DNA of 64,000 bases from Candidatus Levyibacteriota bacterium (lineage in GTDB: Bacteria; Patescibacteriota; Microgenomatia; Levybacterales; UBA12049), in NCBI GenBank assembly GCA_016214555.1, contig JACROF010000002.1, forward strand, positions 5,416 to 69,415. Reading direction: 5' to 3'. The notes beneath the pieces were generated by a model. The model had not been told where the DNA came from, did not search any database, and was given only the letters and a program-made list of their open reading frames with translations. This document shows, piece after piece, positions 1-8,580 of the stretch. Position 1 is the stretch's first letter. Every line of letters starts with the position of its first letter. The position numbers and the translations under genes are program-made.

Positions 1-649
1 CAGCGATCTCAGGGTTTTTTGGGAGGAGTGGTCCATGGAAATAGCAGCCAATTGCATTTTTGTACATAACACCCTCAGTTTTATCTTCTCCGTTGTTGCC
101 AAACCCTTCAAGAACGTATGCAAAAGGCTTTGCATCCTTGCCAAGAAATGTTCTCCCACCGTGATTTTCAAATCCTATGATAGTGGTTGAACCATGATCT
201 TTTTCTCCGAGTCCATCCCAATTCACTTCTGCTGCAGTATTCCCAATAAGCCTTTCTGATGATTGACCGGGATGTCTTGTCGTTATGTCAAAGATGCCAA
301 GTCCTTCAATTCTTTTTCCAATTGATGGTTCGTAGTATTTTCCCATAAGTTGAGGAGCGCCACAAACAAATAATGCTGGCTTCATCTGTTCAATATGTTG
401 TAAGATCACATCCCTTTTTTTATAAAGATCTTTCATGACCAAGCCCTGCTCTCTATCCTGTGCGCCACCACCAAAGAGAAGATCAAGTGTTTGAATTTTT
501 GCTGATGGTGTATCCTGCCCAATGGGAACAAGAGTTGTTGCAATGTCTCGCCACCCACATCTTTTTTCAAGGGCAATGACATTGCCTCGATCTCCATAGG
601 TACTCATCAGGTCAGGATAGAGCCAGCCAATTGTTAGTGCGTGTTTCAT
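1..649 (-). CDS. gatD: GatD/CobQ-like glutamine amidotransferase (3' end runs off window)
   Basis: Not in ORF track; manual translation gives MKHALTIGWLYPDLMSTYGDRGN...VCGAPQLMG...YFHGPLLPKNPEIA; ATGA overlap with upstream murT. Confidence 0.85.
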   Translation of the reverse strand, partial: MKHALTIGWLYPDLMSTYGDRGNVIALEKRCGWRDIATTLVPIGQDTPSAKIQTLDLLFGGGAQDREQGLVMKDLYKKRDVILQHIEQMKPALFVCGAPQLMGKYYEPSIGKRIEGLGIFDITTRHPGQSSERLIGNTAAEVNWDGLGEKDHGSTTIIGFENHGGRTFLGKDAKPFAYVLEGFGNNGEDKTEGVMYKNAIGCYFHGPLLPKNPEIA

Positions 650-1926
650 AGTATCTTCTTTCCTGTAATAATTTTTCTTACTTCAAGCATCGCTGTATAT
701 GTCGGAATAATAAAAAGCGTTTCATTTTTTTCCATCTGGGAGAGCGCATAGGAAATTGCCTCTTCTAGATTATTTTTACTTTTTGACTCAAGCCCAGCAT
801 ATTTACATCTAAGAGCCATATCATAAACTCTATCACCTGAGATAGTAATTGTTTTTTTGTCTTTTTGGAGTTTTTCAAAATCTACATCCCAGATCCAAGA
901 GACATCTTTGCCATCTGCGATACGATCATTAAGAACAAAGAGTATATTTTTTGCTTTTAACTCGTTGATTGTTTGGAGCGTTTGATTAAAACCTGCCGGG
1001 TTTTTTGCAAGGATAATTTCGACATGCTTATGATGATAGGTTATTTTTTCTTGCCTTCCAAATGCTGGAGAGAAAGTTCTAAGAGATTTACTAACATCCT
1101 CATTTGTGAGTCCTAAGCTTTTTGCAACTAACATTGCGGCAATCGTATTGTATTTGTTGTAGAGTCCAGAGAGAGGGTAATAGTCAGAGCTATATAGGTT
1201 GGGTTTTGGTCTACTAAAGTCTCCGTTGGGACATTTCCATATGCCTAGATGCGCATAATATACCGTTGAAAAAAGTAACTTATTTCCGCATGCAGGACAA
1301 TAGGTCGAATCAGCTGCATGATCTAGTCTTGCATCACTTTTTTCCTCAAGGCCAAAATAAAAAACTTCTTGGTGTGCTTTTCGTCCAAGGTAAGCAATTT
1401 GAGGATCATCGGCATTTAGGTATAGTTTGGTGCTTTGCGGAAGTGATGCAATAGCCTTTCTCCACTTTTCAGCAATGGTATTTATTTCTCCGTATCTATC
1501 AAGTTGGTCTCTGAAAAGATTGAGTGCGACAACTGCATCAGGTCGAAGGCTTTTTGTTATGAGTGGAAAAATGTTCTCATCAATCTCAAAGAGCGCAACA
1601 TCTGCGTCTATTTTCCCAAAAAAAGTGCTGTTTTGTAATAGAATTGAGGCAATTCCATTTAGTAGATTGGCACCAGAGCTATTATGAATAATTTTTTTAC
1701 CATCTGCTGTGAGTATATGGGAGAGGAGAGAGGTAGTTGTTGTTTTGCCGTTTGTTCCTACGATAAATAGGATCTTTGTACGAGAGTTTTTTAAAAGCTG
1801 ATTGATGATATGTGGATTTATTCTGATTGCAATATGTCCAGGCCATGTTGAGCCGTTGCCAAGATTGAGTTTTTGGGTGAGTGAGGATAGGATTTTGCAG
1901 AAAAGGACAATGAATGCGTTTCTCAT
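646..1926 (-). CDS. murT: MurT Mur-ligase family lipid II isoglutaminyl synthase subunit (DUF1727)
   Basis: GTNGKTTT P-loop, NLFRDQLDRYGE, CPxC...C zinc motif, DGKDVSWIWD, PTYTAM; coupled to gatD. Confidence 0.9.
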   Translation of the reverse strand: MRNAFIVLFCKILSSLTQKLNLGNGSTWPGHIAIRINPHIINQLLKNSRTKILFIVGTNGKTTTTSLLSHILTADGKKIIHNSSGANLLNGIASILLQNSTFFGKIDADVALFEIDENIFPLITKSLRPDAVVALNLFRDQLDRYGEINTIAEKWRKAIASLPQSTKLYLNADDPQIAYLGRKAHQEVFYFGLEEKSDARLDHAADSTYCPACGNKLLFSTVYYAHLGIWKCPNGDFSRPKPNLYSSDYYPLSGLYNKYNTIAAMLVAKSLGLTNEDVSKSLRTFSPAFGRQEKITYHHKHVEIILAKNPAGFNQTLQTINELKAKNILFVLNDRIADGKDVSWIWDVDFEKLQKDKKTITISGDRVYDMALRCKYAGLESKSKNNLEEAISYALSQMEKNETLFIIPTYTAMLEVRKIITGKKIL

Positions 1927-1962
1927 AGGAGTTACTTCAATTATATCCTATATCATGCATTC

Positions 1963-2850
1963 TTACATCTCGCGGAGGATTTTTACTCGTTCCTCAAATG
2001 GGGGATGAGTGTTAAAAAGAGAGACAAACCATGAAGAGGCCTTCTTTTCCCTAAAAGGATTTGAGAAAAAAAGATGTGCTGTTGCGGGCGTTGCGACTTT
2101 TGTTTGGTGAGGGTCTTGTGCTATTTTTTCAAGAGCGTCAGCAAGGCCATCAGGATATCTCGTTAAAAGCGCACCTGATGCATCAGCAAGAAACTCTCTT
2201 TTTCGTGAGACTGCAAGCTGGATAAGGGTTGCAATAATGGGTGATAAAATTGCAAATATGAGTGCAAGGATCAAAAAAATTCCGTTACCTCTATCATTAT
2301 CTCTGTCAGAATCTCTAAACCATAAACTTCGCATAAACATGTCAGCCAGAATGGCTACAAACCCTACTAATATTGCTACAACTGCCATAAGTCTAATATC
2401 GAGGTTTTTGATGTGTGAAAGTTCGTGCGCAATAACACCCTCAAGTTCTACTTTGTTTAATCTTTCAAGAAGTCCTGTTGTCACACAAACAACGGCGTGT
2501 TTTGGGTCTCTTCCTGTTGCAAAAGCGTTTGGTTGTGGGTCATTTGCGATGTAGACTTCAGGCATTGGGATGCCAGCTCCGATAGCAAGGTTTTCAACAA
2601 TCGTGAATAGCTGTGGATTATCCTTTTTGACAATTTTTTGAGCTCGAGTAGTAGCCAGCACCAATTTATCAGAGTAAAAGTAGCTGCCAACTGTACTAAT
2701 CAACGCAAAAATAAAAGCAATTACAGCATATGCAGAGCCACCACCACCTGAGGCTTTGCCATAAACATAGCCAACTGTTGTCACAAACACTGCAAACAAC
2801 ACCATAATTACAATCGTGTTGCGTTTGTTTTTACCAATAGCGTTGTACAT
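1963..2850 (-). CDS. htpX: M48 zinc metalloprotease HtpX
   Basis: PNAFATG, HELSH (HExxH), SRKREFLADA, THPP; downstream of lemA. Confidence 0.93.
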   Translation of the reverse strand: MYNAIGKNKRNTIVIMVLFAVFVTTVGYVYGKASGGGGSAYAVIAFIFALISTVGSYFYSDKLVLATTRAQKIVKKDNPQLFTIVENLAIGAGIPMPEVYIANDPQPNAFATGRDPKHAVVCVTTGLLERLNKVELEGVIAHELSHIKNLDIRLMAVVAILVGFVAILADMFMRSLWFRDSDRDNDRGNGIFLILALIFAILSPIIATLIQLAVSRKREFLADASGALLTRYPDGLADALEKIAQDPHQTKVATPATAHLFFSNPFREKKASSWFVSLFNTHPPFEERVKILREM

Positions 2851-2855
2851 ACGGA

Positions 2856-3407
2856 TTAAAACGAAACTTTAACAGTTTTCCTTTCTTCCTCTGTGGCAGC
2901 AAAAAAGTCTGCTGGTTTAAATCCAAAGAGACTGCCTACGAGATTGCTTGGGAAAACAGTAAGCTTTGTGTTGTAATCCAAAACATTTGAGTTGAGGAAC
3001 TGTCTTGAGTATGCAATTTTATTTTCCGTATCTGAGAGTTCATCCTGCAATTTTGCAAAATTTTCATTTGCTTTTAACTGTGGATAGTTTTCACTTACTG
3101 CAAAAAGAGTTTTAAGAGTGTCTGAAAGCTCATTATTTGCTTTAGCTTTGTCTTCAGTTGATGATGCTTTCATCAGACTTGTTCGAGCCTTGGTAACATT
3201 CTCAAGCAGTTCTTTTTCGTGCTTTGTGTAACCTTTTACTGTCTCAATAAGGTTTGGAATGAGATCAGTACGTCTTTTAAGTTGTACGTCTATGTGAGAA
3301 AGCGCTTCCGCAATCCTCATTTTTGCAGTAACAAGACCATTGTAGGTAAGCCATAGATATCCAAGAATAACGATAATAATTCCTGCAATTACAAAATACA
3401 TATACAT
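2856..3407 (-). CDS. lemA: LemA family protein
   Basis: N-terminal TM, IDVQLKRRTDLIPNL, ENYPQLKANENF, FPSNLVG. Confidence 0.95.
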   Translation of the reverse strand: MYMYFVIAGIIIVILGYLWLTYNGLVTAKMRIAEALSHIDVQLKRRTDLIPNLIETVKGYTKHEKELLENVTKARTSLMKASSTEDKAKANNELSDTLKTLFAVSENYPQLKANENFAKLQDELSDTENKIAYSRQFLNSNVLDYNTKLTVFPSNLVGSLFGFKPADFFAATEEERKTVKVSF

Positions 3408-3415
3408 TCACCTCC

Positions 3416-5182
3416 TTAAGGGAGTAACCATTTGATCATTGTATTATACTCTTGCGCATTTAAAATGTCATCTCTAGTTGCCCATCCACGTCTGGCAACA
3501 TCAACTCCATATCTCATAAGACTCATTTGATCCACTGCATGACTATCGGTGTTGATGACAAGTTTAATGCCGTGGTCAATAGCTTGTTTTACGAGACTGT
3601 CTGAAAGGTCGAGACGAGAGGGGAATGCATTGATCTCAAGTATTTTTTTCTCGCTCTTACAAAATGCAAAAATCTCTCTCCAATCAAGTTCATAACCTGG
3701 TCTTTGGTTGAGTAGTCTACCTGTTGGGTGTGTGAGAATTCGAGCCTTAGGATGGCTAAGGCCTTTTATGACTCTCTTGGTCATTTCAACCTTTGACATA
3801 GAGAAAACGCTATGGATTGAAACAAGTGTTGCATCAAGAAGGTCAAGCGATGAATTATCGATTGCCAAGTCTCCATTTGGCATTATATCTGTTTCGAGTA
3901 ATGAAATTACTCGTATACTTTTATTACTCTTATTAAGTTGTTCAATTTTATTACTCCTTTTTTTCAAAATTTCGTATACTTGTTTTGCAGTATGTTTAGA
4001 CTGGCTGGGGTTGTGTTCAGAAAATCCTAGATAGTCATATCCTAAAGAATGAGCTTTTTCTATCATTGTCTCCATTGTGTCTACTCCCATGTCATGACTT
4101 GGCTCAATAGGGAAGCTTGAGTGGAGGTGAAAATCACCCTTGATATCTTTGAGCTCAAGAAGTTTTGGTAACTTATGCGATGCTGCGAGCTCGATCTCTC
4201 CCTGATTTTCTCGAATTTCAGGCGGAATCCAGTCAAGGCCAAGAGCATGATAAAATTTTACTTCATCATCATACTGCTCAAGTTTGTCATCCTTTTCTTT
4301 ACGTTTGATGCCATATTCTGAGAGTGAAAGACCTTTTTTAAGCGCATACTCTCGAAGTTTGATATTGTGCTCTTTGCTACCTGTGAAATGTTGAAGAAGT
4401 GAACCGAATGCTTCAGGTGGTTGGACCATAAGGTCAATATGTTTTCCTCCCGAGATCAAAATTGAGGCTGTTGCGTCTCCTTTTTCTAGAATTCTTTCTT
4501 TAAGAGGGTATGACACAAAATAGTCGAGAACCTCTTTTGGCTTGTTGGTAGCTACTGCGACATCTACATCACCAATTGTCTCCTTTTTTCTTCGAAGGCT
4601 TCCTAAAGGAAATACTTTTTTAACATCAGAGGATTTCTCTAAATACTCGATGAGTTTGTCAGCGATTTCACTAGCAAAAGGGAGTACCATGCGTGATGTT
4701 TTATTGACTCCAAGCTCAAATTCACCAATAGCCTGAAGCATATCAGCCTGAGATTTGTCTCCAAATCCATCTAGTTTGGCTATTTCGCCTTTGAGAGCTA
4801 GTTTTTTGACATCCTCAATAACAGTTTTTTTATCACCTAATTCAAAGTAATTCACTAATTTGAATGCCTTTTTAGGGCCAAAGGAAGGAATATCAAGGAG
4901 TGGAAACATCGCCTCAGGTACGTTACTTAGCACTTTGTTGAAGTGCTCAACAGAGTTGTTTTTCACCAGTTCTTCTAGATAACCTCTAATTGATGGTCCC
5001 ACTCCAGGAAGTGATTCGAGTCTATTTTCATGGGCAAGATCTTTTACCTCTGAGGTGGAATTTTCAATAGCATCTGCCGCTTTTTGATAGGCAACAACTT
5101 GGAAATGGTATTTAGATTCATCCTTGATGATGTAGGCAGCAGCGACGTGTCTGAGAAGTTTTGCAATTTCTGCATTCGTCAT
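3416..5182 (-). CDS. polX: DNA polymerase X with C-terminal PHP domain
   Basis: GSLRRKKETIGDVD, HFTGSKEHN, LSEYG, PHP motifs HLHS, HPTGR, NTDSH. Confidence 0.93.
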   Translation of the reverse strand: MTNAEIAKLLRHVAAAYIIKDESKYHFQVVAYQKAADAIENSTSEVKDLAHENRLESLPGVGPSIRGYLEELVKNNSVEHFNKVLSNVPEAMFPLLDIPSFGPKKAFKLVNYFELGDKKTVIEDVKKLALKGEIAKLDGFGDKSQADMLQAIGEFELGVNKTSRMVLPFASEIADKLIEYLEKSSDVKKVFPLGSLRRKKETIGDVDVAVATNKPKEVLDYFVSYPLKERILEKGDATASILISGGKHIDLMVQPPEAFGSLLQHFTGSKEHNIKLREYALKKGLSLSEYGIKRKEKDDKLEQYDDEVKFYHALGLDWIPPEIRENQGEIELAASHKLPKLLELKDIKGDFHLHSSFPIEPSHDMGVDTMETMIEKAHSLGYDYLGFSEHNPSQSKHTAKQVYEILKKRSNKIEQLNKSNKSIRVISLLETDIMPNGDLAIDNSSLDLLDATLVSIHSVFSMSKVEMTKRVIKGLSHPKARILTHPTGRLLNQRPGYELDWREIFAFCKSEKKILEINAFPSRLDLSDSLVKQAIDHGIKLVINTDSHAVDQMSLMRYGVDVARRGWATRDDILNAQEYNTMIKWLLP

Positions 5183-5203
5183 GCGAACAGTCTATCAAAT
5201 ACG

Positions 5204-5232
5204 TTGACTCGTGCGCAAATATCTGTTAGGAT
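5204..5232 (+). promoter_or_regulatory. sigma70-type promoter for tRNA-Asp
   Basis: TTGACT-17 nt-TAGGAT upstream of the tRNA, back-to-back with the polX promoter. Confidence 0.55.
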
Positions 5233-5241
5233 ACGCACACT

Positions 5242-5321
5242 GAGCTTATGGCTAAATAGTGAATGGTAAATAGCATAAAATTCTAAAAAGCTATTTGCTA
5301 GAAGCTATCTGCTATTGGCTA
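5242..5321. repeat. 7-nt-periodic inverted repeat (heptamer hairpin)
   Basis: GCTA at 5290, 5297, 5304, 5311, 5318; complementary TAGC/TGGT/TAGT/TGGC units at 5271, 5264, 5257, 5249. Confidence 0.75.
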
Positions 5322-5325
5322 ATAT

Positions 5326-5399
5326 GGGGTGGTAGCTCAGTTGGTTAGAGCGCCTCCCTGTCACGGAGGAGGTCGCGGGTTCGAGTCCCGTCCATCCCG
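5326..5399 (+). tRNA. tRNA-Asp(GTC)
   Basis: Acceptor GGGGTGG/CCATCCC, anticodon arm CTCC-CT-GTC-AC-GGAG, GGTTCGAG T-arm; CCA not encoded. Confidence 0.95.
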
Positions 5400-5469
5400 C
5401 CCAAGGTAGAAATACCACCGATAAGTTCTGGACAGAGGATTTATCACAAGCTGCCCGATAACACAAGCT

Positions 5470-6186
5470 ATGGCAGCAAAAAAAACTTCAACATCAAAAA
5501 AAACATCACAACCTCAGCCAAGTCTGATGGACTACTTTAGGCTTAGCGAATCATACACAAGTCTTGTTCTTGGTATTGTTATTGTTATCATTGCGTCTAT
5601 ATTACTACTTTCATTTTTTAAGACAAGAAATCAGTCGACTCACCAGGCTACTTCATCAATTGCCACATCTCGTACCGAGGAGGCAAAAGCATCAGTGACT
5701 CCTGTTGTTACTGTTACACCAACAGCTATCACAGTAACTCCAACAGCAGTCCCAAGCGTCACTCCTGCGCCAACATCTATAGAGCAAAAGTCAGCAGTGG
5801 GAGGATCAACATACACAGTCAAGGCAGGAGATGATCTTTGGCATATAGCAGAAAAAGTATATAACGACGGATATAAATGGGTAATAATTGCAAAAGCTAA
5901 CAATCTTTCTAATCCAGGGATTATTAACGTAGGCAATTCGTTAGCTATTCCAGTTGTCATGAAGACATCGCCAACAGATACTATTTCAACATCACAAAAT
6001 ACAACTACACAGTTAGCACAGACTATCTCAGGCGATACCTATACCATCGTGCTTGGCGATGATCTTTGGGATATTGCTGTGAAAGCCTATGGTAATGGGT
6101 ATAAATGGGTTGATATTGCAAGGGTCAACAATCTTATGAATCCGAATGTTATTCATGCTGGAAATATCCTCAAAATCCCTCGATAA
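5470..6186 (+). CDS. Membrane-anchored protein with two LysM domains
   Basis: TM helix, Thr/Pro linker, two YTVxxGDxLWxIA...Y..GYKW..IA..N.L.NP..I..G..L.IP repeats. Confidence 0.9.
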   Translation: MAAKKTSTSKKTSQPQPSLMDYFRLSESYTSLVLGIVIVIIASILLLSFFKTRNQSTHQATSSIATSRTEEAKASVTPVVTVTPTAITVTPTAVPSVTPAPTSIEQKSAVGGSTYTVKAGDDLWHIAEKVYNDGYKWVIIAKANNLSNPGIINVGNSLAIPVVMKTSPTDTISTSQNTTTQLAQTISGDTYTIVLGDDLWDIAVKAYGNGYKWVDIARVNNLMNPNVIHAGNILKIPR

Positions 6187-6251
6187 AAACTTCTTCACCT
6201 CTGAATTTATCTGTGCTATGATGCATCTCATTGCGGGATAATAACCATATT

Positions 6252-6326
6252 GCGATGGTAGTTCAGCGGTAGAATGTCTCCTTCCCAAGGAGAAGGTCGA
6301 GGGTTCAACTCCCTTCCATCGCTCCA
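6252..6326 (+). tRNA. tRNA-Gly(CCC)
   Basis: Acceptor GCGATGG/CCATCGC, anticodon arm TCTCC-TT-CCC-AA-GGAGA, encoded CCA. Confidence 0.95.
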
Positions 6327-6344
6327 CGTGTGCTTTAATTAGTA

Positions 6345-6815
6345 TTAATTGAGGAAGAGGATTGCGGCGTTAAGTAGTGTCGCAAAAGTTACCCATAAAA
6401 GGTATGGAAGTAAGAGGTAGAATGCTAATTTTGAGAGGGGATAGAATTTTTTCATAGTAACAACAATTACTATCCACATTGCAATAATTGTGATGAGTCC
6501 AAGTAGCGGTGACCTTAGGCCAAAAAAGGCAGGCGTCCAAAGAAAATTAAGCATCAGCTGAGCCAGAAAAAATTTCAAAGCTGTTTTAACTTTTTTCTTT
6601 TTCCACCCCAGTTTTAAAATCAAATAAAAAGAAACACCCATTAAAAAATACAAAATGATCCAGGCTGGTCCAAAAACCCAATTGGGTGGTGCAAAGAGAG
6701 GCTTGTTGAGATTTACATACCATGCAGGTATGGCAGCAATGGTAAAGGGAGTTCCAACAATTCCAACTAGCTCACAGCCAATAATTGAGCAGAAAAGCTT
6801 GATTAAATCTTTCAT
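6345..6815 (-). CDS. tspO: TspO/MBR tryptophan-rich sensory protein
   Basis: WYVNLNKPLFAPPNWVFGPAW, LNFLWT, LLPYLLWVTFATLLN. Confidence 0.93.
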   Translation of the reverse strand: MKDLIKLFCSIIGCELVGIVGTPFTIAAIPAWYVNLNKPLFAPPNWVFGPAWIILYFLMGVSFYLILKLGWKKKKVKTALKFFLAQLMLNFLWTPAFFGLRSPLLGLITIIAMWIVIVVTMKKFYPLSKLAFYLLLPYLLWVTFATLLNAAILFLN

Positions 6816-6967
6816 CTATTACAGTATGTATGTTATTGATAATAGGAATCAATGCCAATCTATGGTGTAAATGAAAAATGTAAGTTTGCAGGAAATAATT
6901 GTTACAGTAGTGTAGAATAAGTTCGAGAATTGTCCATTAGTTAACGAGGGCTATTTGCTCACTGTTT

Positions 6968-7381
6968 ATGACCAATCAATTAGTACCAGAATTAAGCATA
7001 TCTAATTTTCAGAAAAGTCTCTTTTTCTATACAGAAATACTTGGTTTTTCTATTGAGTATCAGCGTGAGGAAGAAGGGTTTGCTTTTTTGAGCTTAGGAA
7101 ATGCTCAGATTATGATTGATGAGATTGGCAAAGGGCGAACCTGGAAAACTGGAGACTTTGAATATCCATTTGGGAGAGGCATCAATTTTCAAATAGAAGT
7201 TGAAGATATTGACACTATCTTGAAAAAATTAGAGCGACATAATGTCGGGCTATTTTTAGAGCCTGAAGAAAAATGGTATCGAAAAGATGACAAAGAGGTG
7301 GGAAATAGACAATTTCTGGTCATGGATCCTGATGGTTATTTGCTCAGATTCGCTGAAGATCTTGGAGAAAAAAGTACGTAG
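6968..7381 (+). CDS. VOC/glyoxalase/bleomycin-resistance family protein
   Basis: LVPEL...SLFFYTEILGF, PFGRGINFQIEV, QFLVMDPDGYLLRF. Confidence 0.88.
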   Translation: MTNQLVPELSISNFQKSLFFYTEILGFSIEYQREEEGFAFLSLGNAQIMIDEIGKGRTWKTGDFEYPFGRGINFQIEVEDIDTILKKLERHNVGLFLEPEEKWYRKDDKEVGNRQFLVMDPDGYLLRFAEDLGEKST

Positions 7382-7406
7382 GTATTTGTTATAATCTTTT
7401 CACGAG

Positions 7407-8516
7407 ATGGCAAGTGGAAAAAAGACTTATTCCTCAACAGGTGTTCGGTACGATATCCTCGATCCAATTAAAAAACTAGCTCAACAGCAAGCCCTCTCAA
7501 CCTCTCAAAATCTTTTCTCTTTTGGCATGCATGAAATATCTCAGAGTCGTGGTGAATCAGCATATGTTTGGGACGAAGGCGATAGTTATCGTGCCTTAGT
7601 GATTGAAGGATTGGGAACGAAAAATTTGATAGCTGATGAAATGGAAAGAATTACAGGCAAAACATATTATGACGCGATCGCAAAAGACACGGTTGCAATG
7701 ATCGTTAACGATTTGATCGTTGTTGGGGCGCGACCTCAGGTCGTTAATGCGTATTTTGGCGTGGGGGACTCAGCTTGGTTTCATGACACAAAAAGAGCGG
7801 GGGCACTCATTAATGGTTTTGCTGCAGCAGTAAATGAGGCAAGGGCTGTTTGGGGTGGTGGGGAGACTCCAGCTCTTAAGGGGATTGTTGAAAAAGATGC
7901 GATAGATCTTTCAGGTTCAGCTGTTGGGATAATTCGTCCTAAAGAAAGATTAACACTAGGAGATAAGATAACTGAGGGTGATGCTGTTTTTCTTGTTGAA
8001 AGTAACGGTGTCCATGCAAATGGCATGACACTCGTCAGGTCACTTGCTCAAAATCTCAAAAATGGGTATTTGACAAAATTACCAGATGGTAAAAGTTTTG
8101 GTGAAGCATTACTTTCTCCGACACATATCTATGCAGGACTCATCAACGACCTATTTGAAGCAGGAGTAGGTATCCATTACATGGTGAATGTCACAGGGCA
8201 TGGGTGGAGAAAAATCATGAGGGCTCATAAAGAGGTAAGTTATGTTATGGATCATGTTCCTAATCCTCTGCCTGTTTTTTCTTTTATTCAAGAGCATTCA
8301 GGAAATGATGACCGCGAGATGTATGGAAATTTTAATATGGGAGCAGGGTTTGCGATAATCATGCCTGATCAGTTTGTTTCTCAGGCAACACATATTGCTT
8401 GGAAAAATTATCATATGTCAGCTGGGAAAGCAGGTAGCGTCCAAAAGGGGTCAAAAAAAGTCGTAATCCAGCCAGTTGGTGTAGAGTTTGGGACAGAGAC
8501 ACTAGATATAAGATAA
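7407..8516 (+). CDS. purM: AIR synthase (PurM) family protein
   Basis: EGLGTK, VNDL, GGETP, SNGVHANG, NVTGHG, FNMGAGF. Confidence 0.85.
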   Translation: MASGKKTYSSTGVRYDILDPIKKLAQQQALSTSQNLFSFGMHEISQSRGESAYVWDEGDSYRALVIEGLGTKNLIADEMERITGKTYYDAIAKDTVAMIVNDLIVVGARPQVVNAYFGVGDSAWFHDTKRAGALINGFAAAVNEARAVWGGGETPALKGIVEKDAIDLSGSAVGIIRPKERLTLGDKITEGDAVFLVESNGVHANGMTLVRSLAQNLKNGYLTKLPDGKSFGEALLSPTHIYAGLINDLFEAGVGIHYMVNVTGHGWRKIMRAHKEVSYVMDHVPNPLPVFSFIQEHSGNDDREMYGNFNMGAGFAIIMPDQFVSQATHIAWKNYHMSAGKAGSVQKGSKKVVIQPVGVEFGTETLDIR

Positions 8517-8580
8517 ATTATTGAAACTTGATACACATCGATGTAGTTGACGATAATTTTTTCATCTGATAATATGAATC

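Noticed and set aside
5242-5321. CRISPR array
   Set aside because: Units are 7 nt, contiguous and inverted, with no unique spacers and no cas genes.
6028-6327. ORF-track ORFs over tRNAs (also 35334-35528, 50192-50593, 50451-50654)
   Set aside because: Shadow translations of tRNA genes.
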